From Marsupella aquatica (Eukaryota; Plantae; Marchantiophyta), in contig OZ316896.1 in assembly GCA_973895155.1 (NCBI GenBank), positions 18,650,754 to 18,714,753 on the forward strand: a stretch of 64,000 bases of DNA. Direction: 5' to 3'. Below the pieces are notes generated by a model that was not told the DNA's origin, ran no database searches, and worked only from the letters and a program-made list of their open reading frames with translations. Of this stretch, positions 13,491 to 25,024 are shown piece after piece. The translations under genes and the position numbers were made by a program. Position 1 is the first letter of the stretch, and each line of letters opens with the position of its first letter.

Positions 13491-14784
13491 AATTGTTGTA
13501 AACATTGTAATTCTGGCCCTTCCATCCATCCGTCATTGTCATCATAGAGTCACAGTAATTGCTGTAAACATGTCACACTAAGTAGGATGTCTCAAAGCAC
13601 TACCATAAGAGAGCGCTTATGGCTGTGACTTTTTGGACATGTGATCCTTGTGGGGCACATAATAGGTATCCCCAAAGGTTTCTATCTTGGCAATGCATCA
13701 ACGAGTCATACTAACTACAGTAGATGCAAGCACTAATTGTCATAAACAATGTAGTTCTGGCCATCCGTCCAATGCATCAACAAGTCACACTAACTACAAT
13801 AGATGCAAACACTAATTGTCATAAACAATATAGTTCTGGCCATACGTCCATCACAATCACCATCACCACACAATCATACATTATTGACATATGCTTTGGG
13901 TGATTCTTTACTTTTTGGGGCTTGAGGTTGCTGCCAGGCAATCACTTTTAGCCATATGATTATATATCATAATTTTGACCATATTTCATACAGTCTGCAT
14001 GCAGCACAAAGTTACGTTCGAATCTTGCATCCAGGCATGTTGAGCATTAGTCCTGACATTAGTCAGTGGATTTGTCAGTGTTTAAATCACCCAAAAACCT
14101 TTCACAAATACGTGCTCATTCCATTATGAGTTATGTTGCCTCCCGTATGGAATGAGTTATTTTGTCTCTAGTATATGGTCAACCTGCATAAGCTGGAAGA
14201 CCATACACAATTCACAAAATCTACAACTATAATATTGGACCCAGCCTAATTTCATCTTTTGTCAGTTTATGAAAATGAGAAATGGCATGATCCAATCTTG
14301 ATCGTCCATTGAACTGATTATTTATTTCTCATAATCAAATGCACACAAAACCATATCATTCTCTCTTTTGTCTCACTTTAATAGGCATAGTAGCAAGTTC
14401 AAGGTACACTTGCCCAAAGTACATGTTATAGGACAAAAGACATGTGTACACATGCCCACAGTACATGCACATAAGACAAATGTACTTGAAAGTGCCATGC
14501 ATATGGGGTTGTACTAGAAAGTACAACCAATTATTATGCTCCCATAAAAATATGATGTTATGCAAATGATGGGGAGAGTAGAGAGAAAATAAGATGCTAT
14601 GCAAATGATGGGGAGAGAGAAAAATTGGTAGGGAACATTTAAAAAATATGCCTAAATATTTGTAAATATATTCTATCAAAATGATGAGATTTTCTAACCA
14701 ATATGAAAAAAATTTATATGGGTTTTTTTATCATGGTTGTCTTACAAAATTATCCATATATAGTCCCAATGCCTTAAGTGGAAG

Positions 14785-15190
14785 CAAATCTTTTCTCACA
14801 TCGACATCTTTTTGTCATATTGAATCTTTATCTCATCTCGACATCTTTTATCCACTCAAGATCTTTTCTCACTTTGACATCTTTATCACCATCTTTCCCT
14901 CACCCTTAATATATTTTCTCATCTTGCCATCTTTTCTCATCTCACCATCTTTTCTCTCCTTGAAATCTTTTTCACCTCAACTTCGTTTCCTCACCTTGCT
15001 TTTTCTCTCATCAAGATCTTTTTTCACCTCGGTGTCTTTCCTCATCTTGACATCTTTTCTCACCTCAACATATTTGCTGTAACGCACAAGCTCTTTTCTC
15101 TCCTTAACATATTTTTCTCACCTTGATTTTTGTTTCTCACCTCGACATCCTTTCCTCATCTCTACATTTTTTTCAAGTCAACGTCTTTTG
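14785..15190. repeat. Degenerate pyrimidine-rich minisatellite (~19-20 bp unit, ATCTTTTCTCACCTCGAC-like)
   Basis: Roughly 18-20 imperfect units are visible. They explain the low-complexity F/S/L ORF 14681-15082. Confidence 0.7.
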
Positions 15191-16234
15191 CGCAACACAC
15201 ATGCATAGGGCTACTATCTCATAACGAAACACCAGTCGTCCTTCACTCTATAGGTTATAGCTTGTTTCGGGTTAGCTTGTTTCGGGTTCCTTTGAGGGGG
15301 AGCTGATTGAGGGGGATCCATGGGGCCCAATTCGATTATCATGCCAATTCTTCGCGAAAGGGGAAGGACTCATGAAGACCGGGATCTGAGCAATTTCTCG
15401 AGAATGATGGAGGACTGGGCGTGCTGGACCTCGACCCACGATGCGAACAGAGTCGATGATGCAGCGCTGCATTTCTTCCGGACGAAGTGATCGGCGAGCT
15501 AGTCTGATTAGCGATGGCTTCGGTTGTGCGTTTCGTGGCATTTCGTGATGGGGAGTGACGACGAGGAATTGCGAGATCAGCGATTATAGTCACCGTTTCT
15601 GGTACGAATTCCCTTTCGTTGCATTGCATTCATGGAGCGCGGAGGGAAGGAGGGAGAGAGATATGTGAGTTCGGTTTGACTTGGTGAAACCGAAAAAACA
15701 CGAAAGCGTTCTTCAGTTTGTCTGTTTGTTAGCTTGCGGCATAGCCAAGAGGCAAGAGGAGGTTTTAGGGCAATTCTTCCGTTTGCAAGTGAAGGGCAAC
15801 AATAGCGAGAGAATAGCTGTGTTTCGCAAGAGAGAGAGGAGGAGCCGAGAGGAAGTGGTTAAACAGGTATACATCAGATTGAATTTCTATGCTTAGAAGG
15901 AGAAAAGGGAGGAGGAAGGACGGAAAGGGCAAAGACAGACAGAAGCCGAGAGGCAAGAGATAGATACATGTTGATTTATATGCTGTGTTTAGAATAGAGA
16001 GGATAAAAGGACAAACACATGGAGAGTTTGATTTTCTGTGATTGGAAGGAGAACTGAGAGGAGGGGGAAGGGAAAGTAAATAAGAATTGACTTGCTCTGT
16101 TCAGGAGATAGACTAGAGAGGAGGAAGGGACGGTTGCAGTTACACATAGAATTGAATTGAATTGTTGTGTTTGGAAGCACAACAGAGAGAGGGAGGAGAA
16201 GGAGCGAAAGGAGGACGGAGGGAGGACGAGGAAC

Positions 16235-18007
16235 ATGGGGGGAGGGGGGAACGAGATGGTCAACAACAGCAGCAGCGGAGTAGAGAGCAGCATGGAGGTG
16301 GTCCTTCGAGATGGAGGAGTAGTATCGAACATAGTGTCCAAGCTGCGAACGGCGCGGGACAGGTACGCAGCAGCGCTGGTGTGCAGATTGTGGCACGACG
16401 CCGTCACTTGGCAAGCCACAAAGCTGGCATTGCGCACGCGAGCCTCCCTTCCACATTTGGTGAGGCCATTCAAGCACATTGTGGCTCTTGATCTCAGTTG
16501 CATCGACGAGGAATTAACGGACTCCGACATGGAGTTTTGCGCCATGTCGTTTGGCTACTTGCGTTGGTTGAGCATTGGCCATGCGGATCTCCCTCCGGAC
16601 CAGGCCCAAAGTTCAGACGCTGGGCTCTCAGCATTTGCAGAAAGATGCGGATCTTTAGAGCAACTGAGCCTTGCCGGTCTTTCTCGAATAGGAGACTATG
16701 GAATCCGAGCGTTTAGCAACGGTGGGACCCCATTTTTACGCTCCCTGACTCTCGAGAACTGCAGAAACCTCACCGATGATGCGTTGGATGCCATTTGTGA
16801 TTTTCCTGCCTTGGAGGAGCTCCAGCTGAAAGGAGAATTCGGATTCACTTCAACCGGATTAGCTAAACTTGGGTCCAATTGCAACGGATTGATCAAGGTG
16901 TTCTTAGATCTTGGTTCCACGAACATCGATCCGGCACTGAATGCGCTGGCGGAATGTTGTCCAAAACTGCAAGAATTATCTTTGAAGTTTAAGAAAGCCA
17001 ACTTAAGGGAGCTCGTGAAGTGCACGTCTCTGTCCTCTCTTGTCATTGAATCTGATCAGCGTCTTCCTATGGATGGACCCGTCCTGGCCATTGCAATGGC
17101 CAACAAAAATTTGAAAGAATTAGTGTATATTAATGTAATCACGCCCCTGACTGAAAGTGCGGTCATTGGGGTTGTTCTCAAATGCCCGGTGCTGGAGAGA
17201 CTCCACTTGGAGGCTGCAGGATTGACAGGAGCGGCTATACTCTGCATCGTGAACTGCAAAACATTACAGCATCTCATTCTGGAAAATCTGAAGAGTACTG
17301 GAGATGGGTTGGCCGAAATTGGTATGTGTGGCATGGGTTTGCTGAAAACTTTGGCTCTTAGGAATGCTCGGGGCGTACGAGACACGGAAATACAATCCTT
17401 GATGAATCGGAACAGGGGTTTGGAATTCTTGGATGTTCAAAGCTGCCACGAGATTACTCCGATAGGTTTTGCAGCAATCGCTGCGTGCAGGAATTTGCAA
17501 ACTTTGGACTTGAGTTATACAGAGGTGGACGATTTGAGCTTAATAACCATTGCGAGTGGAGTTCGCAATCTACAGCAATTGATTTTGATCAGGTGCAAGT
17601 CAGTGATAAATATGGGTGCTGTTGCCCGATTCTCTACTTTGGAGTCTCTCACTGTGGACCAATGCCCATTTGTTAGCGATCAGAGCCTTAAAGTGTTGGC
17701 AATGAACTGCTCGAGGCTTACTCATCTTAGCTTAGCATTCACACAGGTGACCGATGTGGGCCTTTCTTACCTCTGCGGTTGCAGCTTGTTGAGAAGCATC
17801 CGAGTGTCCTATTGTAGGTTCGTGAAAGGTGAAGGAGTCGTTAACATTGCTCAGGCTTGTGGTGGGTTCCAGCATGTCAGCATGAGTTACAGGTTTCGTA
17901 AATCTCAAATTATGGAGGCATTAAAGGAGCAATCCTGCAGAGTTACTTTGGAGATAGATGAAATGGCCCTAGTGCCTTTCGGATACAACTTGTTGATGGA
18001 ACGATGA
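16235..18007 (+). CDS. F-box/leucine-rich-repeat protein (FBXL/FBL type), single exon
   Basis: 590 aa from the ATG at 16235 (the ORF track starts at an upstream TTG). The N-terminus is F-box-like (NIVSKLRTARDRYAAALVCRLW). It is followed by many cysteine-containing LRRs (LxxLxLxxCxxLTDxxL, LQTLDLSYTEVDD, LTHLSLAFTQVTDVGL). Confidence 0.9.
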   Translation: MGGGGNEMVNNSSSGVESSMEVVLRDGGVVSNIVSKLRTARDRYAAALVCRLWHDAVTWQATKLALRTRASLPHLVRPFKHIVALDLSCIDEELTDSDMEFCAMSFGYLRWLSIGHADLPPDQAQSSDAGLSAFAERCGSLEQLSLAGLSRIGDYGIRAFSNGGTPFLRSLTLENCRNLTDDALDAICDFPALEELQLKGEFGFTSTGLAKLGSNCNGLIKVFLDLGSTNIDPALNALAECCPKLQELSLKFKKANLRELVKCTSLSSLVIESDQRLPMDGPVLAIAMANKNLKELVYINVITPLTESAVIGVVLKCPVLERLHLEAAGLTGAAILCIVNCKTLQHLILENLKSTGDGLAEIGMCGMGLLKTLALRNARGVRDTEIQSLMNRNRGLEFLDVQSCHEITPIGFAAIAACRNLQTLDLSYTEVDDLSLITIASGVRNLQQLILIRCKSVINMGAVARFSTLESLTVDQCPFVSDQSLKVLAMNCSRLTHLSLAFTQVTDVGLSYLCGCSLLRSIRVSYCRFVKGEGVVNIAQACGGFQHVSMSYRFRKSQIMEALKEQSCRVTLEIDEMALVPFGYNLLMER

Positions 18008-19499
18008 TAGGTTCGGATGGATTGACAACGGTTCTCCATGTCAGATGTCCCGCAACAAGATTCTAGTGTGAGCGTTAGGGGTGCTCGGAATCTCAGAGCT
18101 GTGTAGTGGATCAGAGAACTTTGATTTACTGTCCATTGGATAAGAAAGCCCAAACTGAATTTCACCCATGGACAACTTTGCTTCAAGTATGTTTGACCTA
18201 ATTACAGAGGCAAGGTTCTGTGCAGGGTTGATTTGTTGAACTTCGTGATGTGGTGTAAAAGTCATGTGATCCGTCCTTCTTGTAGATCAGAGACTTCGAA
18301 TTTGTGTCCATTGGATGCGAAAATGCTCTTGAGTTCAGTGTAGTGACATAATTCGAGTCTAGACATGTCGGATAGATATCTGTCTGAATTACGAAGGCCC
18401 AGGACTGGTGAATGTTAGTGGTGCACGAGTCGGCCGTATCAGTCCAGTCGAGTGCACAGAACTCAGAGCTTTGGGTGAGAGCCCCATCGGATACTAAAGA
18501 TCACCAAAAATGTAGGTGTAAAGATCAGAGCTCAATATCCCTGAGCATATTTTCGTCATGTATAACGATGAGGCTTGGCAAATGCTGCAGCAGTATTTGT
18601 TCCTTCTGTGCAATTGATCGAAACGGTGAACGAGTGGGCTATTTTTGCATCATGGCGGTAGTGTTGCTGGCCAGTTTTTCTCAAATTGATGCAGAATCGC
18701 TCAAGGGTTCCCCCTCATGTTTTACCACTCTCTTTGCCAGAGACTCCCGTTTCTGTCCAAAGTAGATTTCGTGAACAGAGTAATTTGACGGTCTTTGGGT
18801 TCCCAATACTGCACAGGCTCACCAAACTGCCTAAGAGATTTCTGTTTCTACTTAGTTTATTAAAAATAAAGGCTAACTTTCATAGTGATTTTGACTGTGC
18901 AGCCTTCTCCATAAAAGCCCTAAAAATTACAAAGAGAAAACTCACTGAGGGCATTAAGAGACTCGTAGAGCTGCAGAGATGAGTAGGAAGGTTGCCCAAC
19001 TAGAGGAGCAGCATACTTAAAGAAGCAAAATAATTGTAGCAACTATTCACAGTTAGCAAAACATTTCCCCTAGACATCTTAACGGAAAGCAATTTCCCGG
19101 ATGAGCCAAAACACATTGGCAACATTGGACCTCCTGCATACCAAGAAGGACTAGTCAATGTCTTCTGTTTTCAATTTTTCTTGGTCAATTAGCCTTCACC
19201 AAAATCCTACTAAAAACGACATTTTGACAAATGTGACAAAGGAAAATTGAGGAGAAAACATAGTAAAAGAATGTGCAACTTCATGACCAAAATGTAGGAA
19301 AAAAATCCAAGCAAAGTATTCCATCCACAACCTGAAGGCACAAAGCACAAAGGTACGAATGACTCAAATGAGGGCCAAAAAATGCAGAAAGATAAATTAA
19401 TCTCACGCACAAGCTAACAATGCAAGCCCAATGAGCATTGGTCACATGTGCTTGCTAGGACTGGAGATGGAGATACATGAGACACTCAGAGTGCGTCGG

Positions 19500-20135
19500 G
19501 ACTAGGGTAGTCCCTGTGGGTGAGTGTTGGAATTCAAAGTGCAGATTTCAGTAGTGGTGATGGCGGTCGAGCTGTTTCATAGTCTTCAGTGACAACAATT
19601 CACTGATGAGCGGAGGTCAGATTTCAATAGTGGCGATGGCGGTCGAGGTGTTTGATGGTCTTCGCCGACGACAATTCACTGATTAGCCAAAACCCTGCCC
19701 TTTGCAACCCTTCCGAGGAGCTCTCTTGTGGGTGAGTGTTGAAATTCGGAGTTCAGATTTCCATAGTGATGGCGGTCGAGCTGTTGATGGTCTTTACTGA
19801 CAACAATAGCTGATGGCAGGCCATCTTAACGGAAAGCAATTTCCCGGATGAGCCAAAACCTTGCCCTTTGCACCTTCTCCGAGGAGCCCTTCTGGGTGAG
19901 TGATGAACTGAAGAGTTCAGATTTCAAGAGTGGCGATGGGAGTCGAGCAATCGATGGTCTTAACGGACAGCAATTTACGGATGAGCCAAGAACTTTCCCT
20001 TTGCATCTCCTCCGACGAGCTCTTGTGGGTGAGTGGCGAATTGCAGAGTTCAGATTTCAATAGTGGCGGATGGGGATCGAGCTGTTGATGGTCTGAACGG
20101 ACAGCAGTTCACTGACGAGCCAAAGACTTTCCCTA
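19500..20135. repeat. Degenerate tandem array (~70-135 bp units)
   Basis: About five recurrences of TTCAGATTTCAATAGTGGCGATGGCGGTCGAGCTGTTGATGGTCTT...CAATTCACTGATGAGCC. The 38-mer CATCTTAACGGAAAGCAATTTCCCGGATGAGCCAAAAC occurs at both ~19075 and ~19822. Confidence 0.75.
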
Positions 20136-20904
20136 CCCGGATGTGATTCAAGTTATTACGGTTCTGCCACTGATGAGGCCGACAGATTTCTAATACAGAT
20201 GCCATTCCTGCGGGCATTCCTGGACTTTTTGGAGGTCCGCATTTACATTATCACTTCGTTGAACTTTTGCTGATGATGTCTGAGTCCTTGATCAATGCCT
20301 GTTCTTTGACAGCTTCTTCCATATCCATACGTTGCTGGAATCACCTCAATTCTTCAGGCCTTCTTCTTAACAACGTTTTTGATGTCCGTAATTCAGCTAG
20401 AATCCCTTGAAACACTAACACCGGATAAAGAACAACTTAAGATCCCACGTTAGCGAACAGCTGTAAGCTTTTTATGGTGAGCACTAGTAAGGATTCTGCG
20501 CTCGAATGACTTCACAAACCGATGATAACATTTGACTAGTGACACAGTGAGGGAAAGCACAGTAGAAGTTGTAGGAGCGGATGATATGTCAATGATTGTA
20601 GTGGAGGTGCTAACAGCATTGTCACTCACTTCAATCCTACACCTGTCCGCCGAAGGAAGAGTACCGCGAGTCACGATTCGTGACGAGTGCAGACTCTGGT
20701 GAGAGAGAAACACCGTAAGCAACTGCTGAACGACCGATTGGTAAATTGCAATCTGTCGACCTACCTCACGAAGCGCGGCCATACCGTGAATCGAAGATTC
20801 ATAGGCCATGCATACATCGTACAGTACGACTCGGTGCCTGCCAGCCGACTGAATTGCTGATGCAGAACGATGGGTCGAAAGCGAACAAGGTCGGCGTGCT
20901 TGCT

Positions 20905-21098
20905 TCCTGCAAAACAAGATCGGTGTGCTCGCTTTCTCTGATGATTTGCTACTGCAAAACAAGATTGGTGTGCTTGCTTTCTCTGATGATTCGTTCCTGC
21001 AAAACAAGATCTGTGGCCTCCACTGCCAGAGTCCCACTCACATTTGGAGACTGATCGGTGGCCTCCACTGCCAGAGTCCCACTCACATTTGGAGACTG
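20905..21098. repeat. Two adjacent 45-bp tandem duplications
   Basis: TGCAAAACAAGAT.GGTGTGCT.GCTTTCTCTGATGATT occurs 2-3 times, then GTGGCCTCCACTGCCAGAGTCCCACTCACATTTGGAGACTG occurs twice. Confidence 0.85.
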
Positions 21099-24000
21099 GA
21101 GAAGAGGCCTATGATTGTGCGCATGAGGGTGACGTACAAGGACTTGAAGCTCTTGGAGCTCTTGAAGCTGTTGTGACCTTTTTTTGCCAAAGCTGACACT
21201 TTTTCTTCCTAACACTGAATCTAGGCCAGACCATATATCGTTTGAAACGAGCTTCAATTCCATTTTGATTGAATGACCCAAAGTTTGGAAATGTTTGGAT
21301 CATGAGGTGGTCTCAATTTCCACATAAAATAAGCATTTCCTTGGGCCCAGTACTTGCCATGTAAGATTGAGTGGACACTGAACTTCAACAAATGCAAATC
21401 CCTTTTGATTCAAGGACACAAAGTTTGTGAATGTTTGGATCAAGAGGTGGTCGCAACTCCTACAAAAAATAAACATTTACTTGGGCCCAATATATACTTG
21501 CCATGTAAGATTGATTGACACTGGCCCCCAAGTTCTTCTAAATCCAAGAACGCAACTAGAGCAGTTTCCACCCATTAGTTTCCATCCAGTCCTCAACCAA
21601 ATAGGTGGCATTCCAACATTGACTGAGATTTGTTATGCATCAACCTCCTCCTTACTCAAGCCTGACGGCATATGTGTTGGAAAAACAAGGGCAAGGTTGT
21701 AAACTTTCTAGCATTTTAGGTCCCAAACCCTGAAAATTGAAAAAACAAGAAAAAGTTCCCACTTTGCAAAGTGGACACTCAAAATCCTCATGTTCTCAAC
21801 AATCTAGGAGTGCTAAGGGTTGTACAAGAAAGGGCTTTTGGCATGCAAGGACACTTCTAATAGTGTCCTGATTTTATGTTAGAGGGAAAAGACAATAATG
21901 GGCCCCTACTTCTTCTAAAGCCACCTGAGAGGCTAGCATCCGGGATACTCTCAAGCCCTGGGTGGCAAATGTCCCTTTGTGAATTGGAGAAGATGCTAAG
22001 AATATGCATTATCTAGTTTTCCTAGATGAACTTCTGACCATTAGATCTCAGCAGATTTAAACATAAAGGTCAGATTCTGGCTAGTGGAGTCTATGGCTAG
22101 GTGGGAAGCTGACTAATCAAGAAGACAAAGTGGCTAATTTTAGCCAAAGTGGCCAAAACTTTTCATAGAAGTTTGCGAATTTTTCCACTAAAAACATTCT
22201 GGCTCGCGTCACCACATGGATAGACATCCTCTTCGTTTGTTTGATCTGCTGCAATAATGTGGGCAGACAGTGGCTCTATGAACGTCGTTGGTTGATTAAC
22301 TCTAACAAGCTCTGCAGGCTCAACAGCAGCCAATTGGCTTTGCAACAAGAATGTACTAACGTTTACAAAGCATTGTGAGCCATAATGCCCTCACAAATGA
22401 CGGCTTTAGAGGAGCTATTCTTGCCATAATGTTCTGGTCACATGATATTAAAACACTTAAAAGAGATTTTTTATTTTCACTATTTTTAATAAAAGTACAG
22501 GAGAAGATTCATAATGGGCCTATCCAAGTCTTGACTGTATATTCTCCTCCTTAGTTCATAGCACATGCAACTAAGGCTTTTCCGTCAGGCACATGCCCTC
22601 TCACCAGCTGGTTGAACTTTGTTATGGAAGTGAAAAATCTAGAGCCCTAAACTAGGTTCAACGGACTCCCACTTGTCCCAAAATTTGTTGCACTCATCCA
22701 TTGTCACGTTCTTACCTAAATTCAGTGATTGGACTCATAAAATTCAGTCGCATTTGGCATATTCCTAAACCTTGCCAGGTAAGCCAGGACTTAAGCAGAA
22801 TTAAAATAGAATTTCTCCAGTCCAAGCTTGTAGTCTTGGCCTACCTGTTGCCGACAACAATGCTGGCAATTAATCCTCAAACTAAGTAGGCAAGATTTAG
22901 GTAATAGAAGTGTTACAAAGGTCCAGGTGTTATCCAGTGTGCAAATGAAAGGTATTTTGTGAGGTGTTATATAAGCTACACCTTTTCACTTTATGAATGC
23001 TCACGGTTTGGGGTGTCAAAATGTGCTTTGTTCATCAGGGTCCTTATAGGTCCGATATTGTGATCGCAATGACACAATCCTCATGTTGAGTATCTCAACT
23101 ATTTAGTATTGCAGTCTGTGAATTATCGTTATAAAAGTCAGTATTACAAATGGCCGTACAAGAGGCATATTCTATTAACCCTGAATTTCTCTTGGAAAGA
23201 TTAGCACATAAGGAACCACAGACTGAATGACATTTGGCATGTTGTCAAAATATAGGTTGAAAAATACATACAAACGCAGGCCAGATGCAATTAAAGACTC
23301 GTTGAATCCCGCATGAAAGTTCTATACTTGATTTGGGGTTAATGTGCAGAGCACTTTTCCCAACCAGAACAGTCCAACAATATAGATTTTCTAAACTCTA
23401 GTCACATTGGATTTTCCCTCATCTCATGCTGGTTGCTTCAAATCTGTTCTACAAGATAACTTTATTACTCAGATAAGACTTGACTAGAGAGAGGCGGACA
23501 ACAGCAACTACTAGTACTCCAAAAAACAAAACAAAAATAAGTACTGTATGACTACTGATGCTGACATTTGATGATTAGATCAGACCCACTCGCAATCATC
23601 ATTGTGTGGTTGCGAAGGCAGCTCAAAGCAAGAGTAAGACATGGTCTTGATGAGAGAAAGTGTGTGACAATTTGGTGCCGAGAGGTTAATAGAAATGATA
23701 CACATTTCAAAATTTCAGGTATTCATGAAAGCAGTTTTTTGGATTTTTCTTGTTGTGGAGGGGCAGTGAGAGGGAGAAGACACATTTTGTCTTATTCAGA
23801 TTTTGTGTCAAGTATTTTGATTTTAATGTGCCTTAAGAAATTGAATCATTTGTATTAATTTGATTTTGAATTAACTTTTGTACCCCTTTTAATTTTAGTG
23901 AGCTTGTAGTATTTTGAAAGAATTTGGCTCCCCTCTTAAATGTTTAATCTTTCATTCACTCCTTAGTGAATTCTCTTTTCTCTAATGAAAGTGAGAGAAA

Positions 24001-24810
24001 TGAGTTTGAACAATGTGTACATCTAGTGTACTAAGTTCGCCTAGTGATCTCCTTTACAAAATTTATGGTTTCAAGTGAGTTGACTGTCATTACTTAGAAG
24101 GAAGTGAAAATCTGTACTGTATGTGCACAACTTTTTAGTAACTTTGTACTTTCTTGGTCATAATATGTTTTTTTTTGCATGTGTATATATGGTGTTGTGT
24201 GTTATGGCACTCACTCTTAATTAAGAGATATTAATTTCTTGGCATATACTTTTTATGTACCTAGTTACCTACTTCTTTTATCATAAAATTACATATCACT
24301 ACAAGACAAAAAAAGACATGTTCCAAGATGAACATGCTATATTGGGGAGGGGAGGTGAGAGGGAGAAGACACCAAAATAATCTGCTTTATCAATCCATTG
24401 ACCCCAAGCCAGATATTAATATAAAATGTAAAAGGATCTCTCAGGTCCTGCCTGTTGCAAAACTCCCAAATCAAGTTGTTCTTTTCCAGTAAAGTTGTAT
24501 GACATAAGTAAGATATGAATTCATGTTTTCTAAAACAAATTGTATAGTAGCAGTTTAGCTCGAATTTGTTGTAATAATAGCACTAGGGCGATGAATACAA
24601 AAAGCAAGGTGAAGGGCCAGATATACATCATCAGATTTAAACTTTGATTGGTTTAAGTCTTGAAACTCTATTTAGTATTTGTGAACTTCTGGTCTTTTCT
24701 TTAGTAAGGTGATTTGTATTTGTTCATCCAAACCTCTGCACTGGGAAAGAAAATCTCCCATAGACACTAAGGTTGGTTATGGAGACAAGGATGGACACAG
24801 TCAAACCAGA

Positions 24811-25024
24811 GGAAAATGCTTGATGGACCCCCTACCAGAAAAAGTTTCCTTGATCAACTCCAGTTGTCACTATTCACCAGTTTGGTCCTAGTACCCCAAA
24901 ATCTCACTTGAGGAGGACCCTAGGAAAACTCAGTGTACTGTTATTAAGAGGGGGACGAGTTGGAAAAATAGCGTGGGGGCTGATCAAGGAAACCTTGTCT
25001 GGTAGGGGTCCATCAAGCGTATCC
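24811..25024. repeat. Inverted repeat (~40-45 bp arms), MITE-like foldback
   Basis: GCTTGATGGACCCCCTACCAGAAAAAGTTTCCTTGATCA (~24818) pairs with TGATCAAGGAAACCTTGTCTGGTAGGGGTCCATCAAGC (~24981-25018). Confidence 0.75.

Noticed and set aside
9918-18960. Inverted repeat copies flanking the F-box gene, suggesting a large gene-capturing transposon
   Set aside because: The same repeat also occurs at ~22.4 and ~26.4 kb and no TSD was found, so independent insertions are the simpler explanation.
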